A stretch of 64,000 nt of DNA from Bacillota bacterium. Its GTDB lineage: Bacteria > Bacillota > Sulfobacillia > Fermentithermobacillales > Fermentithermobacillaceae. Below are positions 42,490 to 51,192 of the stretch, piece after piece. The stretch's first letter is position 1; each line of letters begins with the position of its first letter. The position numbers and the translations under genes were made by a program. The stretch covers positions 508,793 through 572,792 of the forward strand of contig JBMNKH010000004.1 in the NCBI GenBank assembly GCA_050952085.1. Reading direction: 5' to 3'. The notes under the pieces are model-generated. The model saw only the letters and a list, made by a program, of their open reading frames with translations. It was not told the origin of the DNA and did not search any database.

Positions 42490-44301
42490 ATGGCATTGGT
42501 AACCTTGACCATAGATGGGAAGCAAGTAACCGTTGAAGAAGGTACCATGATTATAGAAGCTGCCAGGGCAGCAGGGATCGACATCCCTTCTTTGTGCTAC
42601 TTGAAAGACATCAACGTTATAGGAAGCTGTAGGGTTTGCGTAGTCGAGGTAGAGAGAGCTAAGACGCTGCAGGCCGCCTGTGTGACGCCTGTAGCTCCAG
42701 GCATGGTGGTCCGCACCAATACCCCGGCTGTGCGTGCTTCACGCAAACTTACTGTAGAGATGATACTGTCAGATCACCCGTATGAGTGTCCCACTTGCCC
42801 AAGGAACCTCAACTGCGAACTGCAGAACTTGGCGGACCGGCTTGGGATAAGGCGTGTCAGGTTCCCCGGGGTAAAAGAAGAGGAACCGGTCGATATGTCA
42901 ACCCCAGCCGTAGTCCGTGACTCCAACAAGTGCATATTGTGCAGGCGATGCGTAGCTGTATGCGAAAAAGTGCAGACTGTGAACGCCATAGGTCCTGTGG
43001 GGCGGGGTCTTGATACCACCATCGCGCCGGCCTGGGGTGAAGGTCTGGGCGCCAGCACCTGCATTATGTGCGGCCAGTGCGTACTGGTATGCCCTGTAGG
43101 AGCGCTTTACGAGCGTGACTACACCGAAGAGGTATGGGAGGCCTTGGGTGACCCTGACAAGTTCGTGATAGTCCAGACCGCACCTGCTACCAGGGTAGCT
43201 ATCGGCGAACCTTTTGGCTTGCCCGCGGGCAGTATCAGCACCGGCAAGATGGTCAGTGCCTTGAGACAGCTTGGATTTGACAGGGTATTCGACACTGACT
43301 TTGCTGCTGACCTGACCATCATGGAAGAAGGTTCTGAACTGCTTGAGAGGTTGGCCAAAGGAGGCCCGCTGCCCCTAATCACTTCATGCAGCCCTGGGTG
43401 GATAAAGTTCATGGAAACGTTCTACCCTGAAGTTGCAGACAACGTGTCTTCCTGCAAGTCGCCGCAGCAGATGTTCGGGGCTGTTGCCAAAACCTACTAT
43501 GCCAAGAAGATTGGCGTAGATCCTGCAAATATGGTAGTAGTTTCCATCATGCCTTGCACTGCCAAGAAATTCGAATGCCAGAGGCCTGAGATGAACGACT
43601 CAGGATACCAGGATGTGGATTATGTGCTTACAGTCAGGGAACTTGCAAGGATGATCAAGCAGGCCGGTATCGACTTTGCAAACCTCCCTGAAGAGGACTA
43701 CGACGATCCTCTGGGAATCTCGACAGGTGCCGGGGTTATCTTCGGTGCCACAGGCGGGGTAATGGAAGCGGCAGTGAGGACGGCATATGAGATCTACACA
43801 GGCAAGACCCTCGACAAGATAGACTTCGAAGTTGTCAGGGGGCTTGACGGAGTCAAGGCGGCTTCAGTTGACCTCAACGGCACCACGTTGAAGATTGCTG
43901 TAGCGCACGGTCTTTCAAATGCCAGGAAGCTGCTGGATTCGATCACATCAGGAGAATCTGAGTACCACTTCATCGAGATTATGACTTGCCCGGGTGGATG
44001 TATTGGCGGTGGCGGCCAGCCTATCCCCACTGACACAGAGATAAGGCTTGAGCGGATAGCTGCCATATATGAAGCAGATAGGAACATGCCCTTGCGCAAG
44101 TCCCATGAGAACCCGGCAGTCAAGGAACTGTACGATACGTTCCTTGGCAAGCCTCTTAGCGAGAGATCTCACCAGCTCTTGCATACCACATATACCAAAC
44201 GTCCGCGCCATGGGACCATGGTATGCAAAGTCGAGCCAGAGGTTTGCGAGCTTGAAGAGGCGGCTGCTACGTCCACTGTGGCTGACGGAGACGACTCCTG
44301 A
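42490..44301 (+). CDS. hydA: [FeFe] hydrogenase catalytic subunit HydA
   Basis: N-terminal 2Fe-2S domain and 4Fe-4S domains. Canonical H-cluster motifs TSCSPGW, MPCTAKKFE and CPGGCIGGGGQP are all present. Confidence 0.9.
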   Translation: MALVTLTIDGKQVTVEEGTMIIEAARAAGIDIPSLCYLKDINVIGSCRVCVVEVERAKTLQAACVTPVAPGMVVRTNTPAVRASRKLTVEMILSDHPYECPTCPRNLNCELQNLADRLGIRRVRFPGVKEEEPVDMSTPAVVRDSNKCILCRRCVAVCEKVQTVNAIGPVGRGLDTTIAPAWGEGLGASTCIMCGQCVLVCPVGALYERDYTEEVWEALGDPDKFVIVQTAPATRVAIGEPFGLPAGSISTGKMVSALRQLGFDRVFDTDFAADLTIMEEGSELLERLAKGGPLPLITSCSPGWIKFMETFYPEVADNVSSCKSPQQMFGAVAKTYYAKKIGVDPANMVVVSIMPCTAKKFECQRPEMNDSGYQDVDYVLTVRELARMIKQAGIDFANLPEEDYDDPLGISTGAGVIFGATGGVMEAAVRTAYEIYTGKTLDKIDFEVVRGLDGVKAASVDLNGTTLKIAVAHGLSNARKLLDSITSGESEYHFIEIMTCPGGCIGGGGQPIPTDTEIRLERIAAIYEADRNMPLRKSHENPAVKELYDTFLGKPLSERSHQLLHTTYTKRPRHGTMVCKVEPEVCELEEAAATSTVADGDDS

Positions 44302-44323
44302 CCCCGGATAGGGTTAGGAAACC

Positions 44324-44356
44324 AGGGCCTGGGTGAGTTCCCAGGCCCTTTTTAAC
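44324..44356 (+). terminator. Strong rho-independent terminator after hydA
   Basis: AGGGCCTGGG stem, 6-nt loop, CCCAGGCCCT stem, then TTTTTAA. Confidence 0.75.
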
Positions 44357-44483
44357 TTCGCTCTTCGTTTTCCCTGCCTCGTCATGTATGCTGGATTTGG
44401 GACTTACAGACGTATATTTCAAGGGAGCGTCTACAGAATGTATAATGGGCCTGATACTGGAATCCCAGGAGGAAAAGAGTGTC

Positions 44484-45278
44484 ATGCCAGCAGTTTCGAA
44501 GAAGATACTCAAAGAAGTGCGTAGCCTGAGACAGAAGAAGTTCCGCGACGAAAAGCAAGCTTATTTCGCCGAGGGGATTGCCATAGTGATCAGTGCCCTT
44601 GAAAACAAAGCTCCTGTGCGCTATGTGATTTACAGTCCTGAATTGCTAAAGAGCGAAGCGGCTTACAGGGCTCTCTCAGAAGTTCAAGACCGCATTCCTT
44701 GCTACGAGGCAGGCGCCCAGTCGTTTCAGTCGGTTTCAGGGCGCGATAACCCTGTGGGAATTGGCGCAGTAGTGAGCTATCACGATATATCACCTGAATC
44801 GCCCGGACTGCTTGCTTGCAGGACATTTGTAGCCCTTGACAGTGTGAGAAGCCCTGGTAATCTCGGCACTGTTATCCGCACCGCCGATTGCCTGGGTTTT
44901 GGAGTGTTGATTTGCGGCGAGTCTACAGACCAATACCATCCTGAATGCATGAGAGCCAGCATGGGGGCGCTGTATACCGTCCCTATCGCCAGGTTTAATG
45001 CTGCAGGTGCTTTGAGGCAATGGTGCGGTAAGCACGGAGTATCCATTGTAACCACATCAAGTAAAGCCAAAGACGACATAACCCAAGTAAGCGCTTATCC
45101 CAGGCCAGTAGCGGTACTCCTGGGTTCTGAGGGTACCGGGCTGTCACATGACGTGCTGGAATCAGGCGAATTACAGGTGAGAATTCCTATGTACGGGGCA
45201 TCTACTTCTTTCAATCTCGCAGTGGCCGCAGGCATCCTGATGTACGATATTGTGACCAAGCCTGAGGTGCAGGGTTAG
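44484..45278 (+). CDS. TrmH/SpoU-family RNA 2'-O-methyltransferase
   Basis: SPOUT motifs (GNLGTVIRTA, LLGSEGTGLS, IPMYG). AGGAGG ribosome-binding site before the ATG at 44484. Confidence 0.8.
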   Translation: MPAVSKKILKEVRSLRQKKFRDEKQAYFAEGIAIVISALENKAPVRYVIYSPELLKSEAAYRALSEVQDRIPCYEAGAQSFQSVSGRDNPVGIGAVVSYHDISPESPGLLACRTFVALDSVRSPGNLGTVIRTADCLGFGVLICGESTDQYHPECMRASMGALYTVPIARFNAAGALRQWCGKHGVSIVTTSSKAKDDITQVSAYPRPVAVLLGSEGTGLSHDVLESGELQVRIPMYGASTSFNLAVAAGILMYDIVTKPEVQG

Positions 45279-45386
45279 GTATGCAGCCGGAGCAGGCGGC
45301 GGCTTGCCGGGCTGCGGGAAGCAAGATAAGATGATGTCAGGTGGAAGCTGACTCCGGCCCAAATATTTGGTTATTCCGGTGAACCC

Positions 45387-45905
45387 ATGGGAGCTAATGA
45401 AAGGCGAAAGCGAATACTGGAAATCCTATCTGCCTCTGCCGAGCCTGTCAAAGGAGCGTCGCTAGCTTCACGGCTGGGAGTCACCAGGCAGGTGATAGTT
45501 CAGGATATTGCGCTTCTCAGGGCTCGGGGAGAGCCGGTGCTGGCCACGCCCAAAGGCTATACAATATGGGACTTGCCCAGGAGCGCAGGCATAACCAAAC
45601 TCATTGCAGTCAAACACGGTTTTGACCAAACCCGCGAAGAACTGCTAACCATGGTGAATGCAGGGGTTGAAGTTATTGATGTCATAGTGGAGCACCCGGT
45701 TTACGGCCAACTCACAGGCCAGCTCTCTATCTCTAGCCCTGATGATGTAGAGAGGTTCATGGAAACCATAGAAACCACACAATCGGGGCTCTTGTCTTCT
45801 CTTACAGACGGGATCCATCTTCATACAGTCAGGGCATCTAATAGACGCCAACTTGACCGTTTAGAGAAAATACTGCAGGATAAAGGATTTCTGCTTTCAG
45901 ACTGA
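45387..45905 (+). CDS. niaR: NiaR/YrxA-family transcriptional repressor (HTH plus 3H domain)
   Basis: N-terminal HTH region (RRKRILEIL...GASLASRLGVTRQVIVQDI) and a C-terminal 3H-type domain with conserved histidines. Confidence 0.7.
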   Translation: MGANERRKRILEILSASAEPVKGASLASRLGVTRQVIVQDIALLRARGEPVLATPKGYTIWDLPRSAGITKLIAVKHGFDQTREELLTMVNAGVEVIDVIVEHPVYGQLTGQLSISSPDDVERFMETIETTQSGLLSSLTDGIHLHTVRASNRRQLDRLEKILQDKGFLLSD

Positions 45906-46032
45906 ACCCTTTCAGGATTGAACTTTTGGGCGTCTCCCGGAACCAACGATGACTCCTGTTATTTTCCGCGCTTTCCAGGGATCTACTAATGAAACACATG
46001 CATAAAGGTGTTACAATCCCTGAGTACAACAA

Positions 46033-46160
46033 GGCCGAATCCCGTCGTCTAACGGCGGGTACGGGGGAACCATTATTGTAACTGGGTGAATCCGCTTAGA
46101 AAGCGGTAGGGCTGACCCTTTCACCAAACCCGCAAGCTAACCCCGGAGGCCTGAGAGGGG
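46033..46160 (+). promoter_or_regulatory. Cyclic-di-AMP (ydaO/kimA-type) riboswitch in the leader of a cell-wall hydrolase gene
   Basis: Contains the hallmark blocks CGGGGGAACCA, GGGUGAAUCC, GGUAGGG and ACCCGCAAGCUAACCCCGGAGG, matching the pseudo-symmetric ydaO consensus. It ends at the ribosome-binding site. Confidence 0.75.
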
Positions 46161-46169
46161 GAAAACGGA

Positions 46170-46631
46170 ATGCGTAACAGATGTGTACACGCAACACTGG
46201 CATTGGTTATCGCAGTAAGTTTTATAGCAGCCGTTCCGGCAACAGCACTTGCATACAGTCCGTGGGACACAAGTTACACTAATGATGAGCTGATGCTTCT
46301 GGCAAGGGTTATTTACGCAGAAGCAGCCGGGGAGCCGTATACCGGCAAAGTGGCAATAGGCGCAGTGGTACTGAACAGGGTCCGGAGCCCGTTGTTCCCG
46401 GACACCGTTGCAGGTGTCATATATGAGCCGTGGCAGTTTTCCTGCGTGGGTAACTGGATGTTCAACTCTTACCCCAACGAGGAGTCGATCAGGGCTGCCA
46501 AAGACGCTTTGGCTGGATGGGACCCAACAGGAGGGGCGCTTTACTACTTCAACTACCATATCGTAACCAATCAGTGGCTGTGGTCCAAGCCGCCGGCTGG
46601 GGTAATAGGTAACCACTGGTTTACCTACTAG
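46170..46631 (+). CDS. SleB/CwlJ-family cell wall hydrolase (Hydrolase_2), secreted
   Basis: Signal peptide, then VIYAEAAGEPYTGKVAIGAVVLNRV and LYYFNYH motifs typical of spore-cortex-lytic-like hydrolases. Confidence 0.8.
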   Translation: MRNRCVHATLALVIAVSFIAAVPATALAYSPWDTSYTNDELMLLARVIYAEAAGEPYTGKVAIGAVVLNRVRSPLFPDTVAGVIYEPWQFSCVGNWMFNSYPNEESIRAAKDALAGWDPTGGALYYFNYHIVTNQWLWSKPPAGVIGNHWFTY

Positions 46632-46833
46632 GCTGCAACCTATACAGCCGCACGCCGGTGAAGACACCACCGGGTCGAGCAACGGGTGTAGATCACCAGC
46701 GACGACAGCCCGGTAGATAGCTAAGGCTATCAGGCCTAGGGATATGAATGATAACACCGGCTTGGGAAATCTTTTCCCTAGCCGGTGTTGTTGTTGTGGA
46801 TGAGGTTCGGCTCCAGTATTTACAGCTGACAAG

Positions 46834-46861
46834 ACACCTGATATACTGTATTGTCAGGTGT
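46834..46861 (+). promoter_or_regulatory. Inverted repeat ACACCTGA-N12-TCAGGTGT upstream of the S-component gene (candidate NiaR operator)
   Basis: 8-bp perfect arms about 30 nt upstream of the ORF at 46892. niaR lies 1 kb upstream. Confidence 0.4.
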
Positions 46862-46891
46862 CCGGTACATACAGCAAACACTTGACAGGAG

Positions 46892-47452
46892 TTGAGACAG
46901 GTGAGAGCGCTCGATGTAAGAAGTATGACAATCGGTGCCCTGCTGCTGGCGCTTTCGCTCATAATCCCCATGGCCCTAGGCGGAGTACTGGGAGTGGTCA
47001 TCGGGCCCTTTTCAGCTACCCTGGCTTCCCACGTACCCCTTATGGTCTCCATGTTGTTCGGCCCAGGGGTGGCAGGCATTGTGGCTTTGGGTTCTGCCAT
47101 CGGCTTCTTTGTGAGACTAGGCCCGCTTATCGGGCTAAGAGCAGCTATGCATATACCTGTAGGGGTAGCCGGTGCGCTGCTCTTGAAAAAGCAAATGTCT
47201 TATCCCTTGGTTCTAGCGATTACCGGCCCAATCCACGCAGTGCTTGAAGGCCTTATTGTGCAGCCGCTTCTTATGGCCGGAAGTTCAATGCTTTACGGCA
47301 AGTCAGAACCCTTGGCGCTGTTTTACCTTGTAGCCGGAGGCACGCTGCTTCACCACGCCATGGATGCGCTAATCGCACTGTTTTCATGGAGGGTCATCCG
47401 GTTCTTTCAAAACGGGGTAAAGAGCAAGAAGGTCACTACTTCTGCGGACTAA
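46892..47452 (+). CDS. ECF-transporter substrate-specific (S) component-like membrane protein, possible niacin transporter NiaX
   Basis: 186 aa with six predicted transmembrane helices. The genomic context includes niaR and a palindrome upstream. Confidence 0.45.
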   Translation: MRQVRALDVRSMTIGALLLALSLIIPMALGGVLGVVIGPFSATLASHVPLMVSMLFGPGVAGIVALGSAIGFFVRLGPLIGLRAAMHIPVGVAGALLLKKQMSYPLVLAITGPIHAVLEGLIVQPLLMAGSSMLYGKSEPLALFYLVAGGTLLHHAMDALIALFSWRVIRFFQNGVKSKKVTTSAD

Positions 47453-47468
47453 GAACCCGGATAAATGA

Positions 47469-47503
47469 AAAAAGGCCAGAACCATTCCTTCTGGCCTTCT
47501 GTT
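47469..47503. terminator. Bidirectional rho-independent terminator between convergent genes
   Basis: AAAAA, GGCCAGAA stem, loop, TTCTGGCC stem, then TTCTGTT. Confidence 0.65.
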
Positions 47504-47561
47504 AGAATCCCTTAGAATCCGCGCCGTTTACCGTGCCGGTTAAACGATCCCAAAGGCTTCT

Positions 47562-47786
47562 TTAACTGTGAGCTGCCTTATCTTCTTTTGCCCTATCTGA
47601 GTATTCGCTGGCTCTGTTGTCTGTGCAATAGAAGCCCGGACCCCTAAAAATGATCCCAATATTACGGCTTATCAATTTCTTTACAGGCCCATTACATTTA
47701 GGACAGGTCGTGAGAGGCGCATCGGTTATCTTCTGGACTTGCTCGAATCTCCCACAGTTCTCACATTTGTACTCGTATACTGGCAC
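47562..47786 (-). CDS. FmdB-family zinc-ribbon protein
   Basis: YEYKCENCG...CPKC zinc ribbon. GTG start with a GAAGGGGG ribosome-binding site. Confidence 0.7.
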   Translation of the reverse strand: MPVYEYKCENCGRFEQVQKITDAPLTTCPKCNGPVKKLISRNIGIIFRGPGFYCTDNRASEYSDRAKEDKAAHS

Positions 47787-47898
47787 TCTTCAAAACCCCC
47801 TTCTAAGTGAGCCCATATTACTAGATATAGTTAATCAACTCACTTATGTCAAGCAGGCATCACTGCCTGAGGTGAAGGGAACTGTTCAGCCAGGAATC

Positions 47899-49035
47899 TT
47901 AGATCTTTAGTAACAGGCCTGCTACGATTGCCGCCCTCTCGGGTAGGCTTGATACTATGATGTGCTCCGTAAGTGCGTGAGCGCCATCGCCTACTGCGCC
48001 AAGCCCGTCAAGTGTCGGGATGCCTAGGGCCGATGTGAAGTTGCCGTCGCTGCCTCCTCCGGAACCTGACTCTGTCACTTCTATTCCCATTTCCCTGCCG
48101 ATTTTTTGCGCTAACTCAAACAGTCTCACGTTGCCTTCGGTTCTCTCCATGGGAGGCCTGTTTAGTTCTCCCTTGACTTCAAGGGTTATTTCAGGATGGA
48201 CAGGTTTGAGGCCGAGGATTTCCGGAATTATCGTATTTGCCGCGTCCATGGTCTTGATCCGTAGGTCTACTCCGAGGGTCGCATTCTCTGCCACTACGTT
48301 AGTTCTGGTGCCTGCTGATACAACACCTACGTTTACAGTTGTGCCTGCTTCCAGGTCGGTTAGACCATGCAGCCGCAGCATCTGGTGGGCTGCTTCAGTT
48401 ATTGCAGATACTCCCTTTTCGTAGTCGGCGCCTGCGTGAGAAGCGCGCCCCTTGATTGAAACTGTGAAACCGCCTACTCCTTTGCGCCAGGTCTTGAGAG
48501 AACCGCCTAGAGCGGTCGGCTCGAGCACGAGCACGGCTGAAGCCTTCTTGGCTTCCTCCTCTATAATCGGACGGGAGGAAGGCGAGCCTATTTCTTCTTC
48601 TGAGTTATGCAACACCACTATTTTCTTTTCAGGCAGAAGCCCCAAGTCTTTGAGGGTCTTTACTGCAAAGAAGGCTTGCACGATTCCGGCTTTCATGTCA
48701 TAGACGCCTGGGCCGTAGGCTTTACCGTCTTCCACCCGGAACGGCCTCTTTTGTGTTTCTCCTGCATCCCACACGGTATCCATGTGGCATAGGAGCAAGA
48801 TGGTTTCATCCCCTGAGCCCACTTCAACTTTCACATGGTTGCCGTATGTATCTTGTTCCAGGATGGTTACCTTTGCGTCAAGGCCTTCCCACTCGCGGGC
48901 CACAAGTTTAGCAAAGGCGTCCATGAGTGATTTGTCAGTGCTCGGGGAATCTGTGTTTGTAAAGACTTCAAGCAGCTTAACCATGTCATCTTGATAAGAT
49001 TTCAGGTGAGCCAGTATGCGGTCTTGGTCTGACAT
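47899..49035 (-). CDS. M20-family metallopeptidase (ArgE/DapE/CPG2-like)
   Basis: LLCHMDTV, NSEEEIGS and ASHAG motifs. AGGAGG ribosome-binding site before the second in-frame ATG at 49035. Confidence 0.8.
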   Translation of the reverse strand: MSDQDRILAHLKSYQDDMVKLLEVFTNTDSPSTDKSLMDAFAKLVAREWEGLDAKVTILEQDTYGNHVKVEVGSGDETILLLCHMDTVWDAGETQKRPFRVEDGKAYGPGVYDMKAGIVQAFFAVKTLKDLGLLPEKKIVVLHNSEEEIGSPSSRPIIEEEAKKASAVLVLEPTALGGSLKTWRKGVGGFTVSIKGRASHAGADYEKGVSAITEAAHQMLRLHGLTDLEAGTTVNVGVVSAGTRTNVVAENATLGVDLRIKTMDAANTIIPEILGLKPVHPEITLEVKGELNRPPMERTEGNVRLFELAQKIGREMGIEVTESGSGGGSDGNFTSALGIPTLDGLGAVGDGAHALTEHIIVSSLPERAAIVAGLLLKI

Positions 49036-49085
49036 CTGATTTCGCCTCCTGTTCATGCTGATGCCTAGGGTAAGGATCTAGCGGA

Positions 49086-49111
49086 TTCCGGTGATTCGGT
49101 TTCCGGTGATT
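49086..49111. promoter_or_regulatory. Tandem direct repeat TTCCGGTGATT-N4-TTCCGGTGATT in the divergent M20/HAD intergenic region
   Basis: Two identical 11-mers with a 15-nt period. Confidence 0.35.
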
Positions 49112-49272
49112 GAGATAGGTACTGCCATGTCTCATTATACATTCACCCTGTATGCGTGTGGAGGAGTTTTCGGTTTGGATAACGAATTGACTGCTGAGGC
49201 AGCTTGCGCCTTTTCCGGCCGGGCTCATAGCAAGATGCAGAGGTGAAGTTATTGAGTAAGAGTGGAGTAACT

Positions 49273-50019
49273 GTGCCCCCCAAGGTCCTCCTGTTTGACT
49301 TGGACGGAACCTTGCTTCCTGTTGAGCCAGGGTTTTTCACCGGCGATTACCCTGAGGCGGCTGCGCCTTATTTTGCAGAATTCATTGAGCCACGCACATT
49401 CAAACAAGCTCTTTTCAAATCGACTTGGGATATGGTGAACAACCTCGACCCTGATTTGCTCAACATAGATGCCTTCCGGATATCGTTTGAAAGGCAGGTG
49501 GGTGCCGGCTGGGACCGGCTCTGGCCCGTTTTCGAGCAGTTTTACAGTGAGGGTTTCCCGAAGCTCCGGAGCCTGGTGCCTGAATCCACGATAGCCCGCA
49601 AGGTTGTCCAAGAGTGCCTGGACCAGGGGTGGGAGATTGTGCTTGCGACAAATGCCCTGTTTCCTGAAGCGGCAGTCAGGGAGAGGATGAGATGGTGCGG
49701 GGTCGAAGACTTGCCTTGGAAGTTCATTTCCACCTTGGAGGCTATGCACTTTTGCAAACCCCATATCCAGTACTACCAGGAAATTGTGGATGTTGCCGGG
49801 CTTGACCCAAAGCGTTGTATAATGATCGGAAATGACATGCAGGAAGACATTGTGGCATCCCGGCTCGGGATGAAAACCATACTGGTTGAGGATTTTCGCA
49901 TAGACAGGAGTGAAGGGGGTAGCTCAGGCGCGCTAAGGCCTGATATGAGGGGCACGCTTGAGCAAGTGCCTGAGCTCGTCCTTAAGATATATGAGACTAA
50001 CGCAGAATTGTACAGGTGA
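49273..50019 (+). CDS. HAD-superfamily hydrolase
   Basis: LLFDLDGTLL motif I and a C-terminal GND motif. Confidence 0.75.
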   Translation: MPPKVLLFDLDGTLLPVEPGFFTGDYPEAAAPYFAEFIEPRTFKQALFKSTWDMVNNLDPDLLNIDAFRISFERQVGAGWDRLWPVFEQFYSEGFPKLRSLVPESTIARKVVQECLDQGWEIVLATNALFPEAAVRERMRWCGVEDLPWKFISTLEAMHFCKPHIQYYQEIVDVAGLDPKRCIMIGNDMQEDIVASRLGMKTILVEDFRIDRSEGGSSGALRPDMRGTLEQVPELVLKIYETNAELYR

Positions 50020-50029
50020 CACCGGCACA

Positions 50030-51037
50030 ATGTCAGTCCCGGAAGCCGGCAGGCATGTAGAACGCTTTGAACGGCACCATGATGTTGAGCTGTTGGAGGT
50101 AGAGCTTCCAGGGCCACTGGATCTACAGTCTACATTGGAATGCGGCCAAGCCTTCAGGTGGTGCCGGGTTCAGGGGCCTGACGCCAGCACATGGTACAAA
50201 GGCGTTATCGGCCCGGTAGCGGTCATGGTGACAACCAGTGCAAAAACCGGTGGTGCTTCGGATCTGTTGGTTATGTACGAGGCAAACAGTGTGGACCGCG
50301 AGAGTCTGACAAGACGCGTCTTCAACTATTTTTCCCTTGATGACGATCTAGAGGCGATTCATCGCTTCCTCTTAGATGAGGCATGTTCCCCAACACAAGC
50401 TGAACAAGAACATGTAAGGGAGCAAGCTGCTGGGCCTGAACAAGGGCAGGTAATGGAGCAAGCTGCCGGTCATGCCCATGGCCTCAGGATCCTGCGCCAG
50501 GAGCCCTGGGAATGCCTGGTTTCGTACATCATCTCTACCAACAAGAACATACCCTCTATCTGCAAGACGGTTGAATACCTGTCTGAGACATTGGGTTCGC
50601 CTGCAGGCCTGGGCCAATACGCTTTCCCGGCGCCTGAAGCGCTGCTGGAAGCCAGCGCTGAGTGTGTAAAACAATCCAAGTGCGGGTACCGGGCACCGTA
50701 TATTATCGATGCGGCCAGGAAAGTCGCAAGCAGGGAAGTTGACCTTGATGCCTTGTGGCACTTGCCCACCGGCGAAGCCAGGCAGCAACTTCTCAAAATC
50801 AAGGGTGTCGGGCCCAAAGTTGCCGACTGTGTATTGCTTTTCGCTTATCACCGCCTGGAGGTGTTTCCTGTAGATGTATGGATTGCCAGGTGCATGTCTG
50901 CGTTTTACCTGGACAGGGCGGATATCACGCCCAGGGAAGCAAGGCAAGAGGGATGCAGGCGTTTTGGTCCTTATGCAGGCTATGCCCAGCAGGTCTTGTT
51001 CCATTACTCCAGGAACGTCTTGAAAGGCCGGTTCTAG
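50030..51037 (+). CDS. ogg: Ogg-type 8-oxoguanine DNA glycosylase (HhH-GPD)
   Basis: HhH-GPD motif LLKIKGVGPKVADCVLLF...FPVDVWI and an N-terminal OGG_N-like region. Contains a low-complexity insertion with a 36-bp in-frame tandem duplication (50419-50466). Confidence 0.7.
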   Translation: MSVPEAGRHVERFERHHDVELLEVELPGPLDLQSTLECGQAFRWCRVQGPDASTWYKGVIGPVAVMVTTSAKTGGASDLLVMYEANSVDRESLTRRVFNYFSLDDDLEAIHRFLLDEACSPTQAEQEHVREQAAGPEQGQVMEQAAGHAHGLRILRQEPWECLVSYIISTNKNIPSICKTVEYLSETLGSPAGLGQYAFPAPEALLEASAECVKQSKCGYRAPYIIDAARKVASREVDLDALWHLPTGEARQQLLKIKGVGPKVADCVLLFAYHRLEVFPVDVWIARCMSAFYLDRADITPREARQEGCRRFGPYAGYAQQVLFHYSRNVLKGRF

Positions 51038-51192
51038 TAGTGCCGTGGCGCGGCTTGCTCAGGCTGAAGGAATGCTTTACACCAAGTTAGAATATAGGCG
51101 GGAGATGTTGTCTCAGGCCAAACCATGGCCTGCTGCCGGCAGAGAGGCACAACTTGTCAGGTGGGGACTTTCATGGAAGGAGGGGAGCAGTA

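Noticed and set aside
45286-45325. GC-rich imperfect palindrome (GCAGCCGG...CCGGGCTGC) between the trmH-family gene and niaR
   Set aside because: The arms are imperfect and there is no U-tract, so I do not call it a terminator.
46137-46832. 231-aa minus-strand ORF rich in Cys, His and Arg, overlapping the sleB-like gene and its riboswitch
   Set aside because: It lies entirely antisense to a well-supported gene and regulatory RNA. Its composition is typical of a shadow ORF in GC-rich DNA, and it has no ribosome-binding site or recognisable motif.
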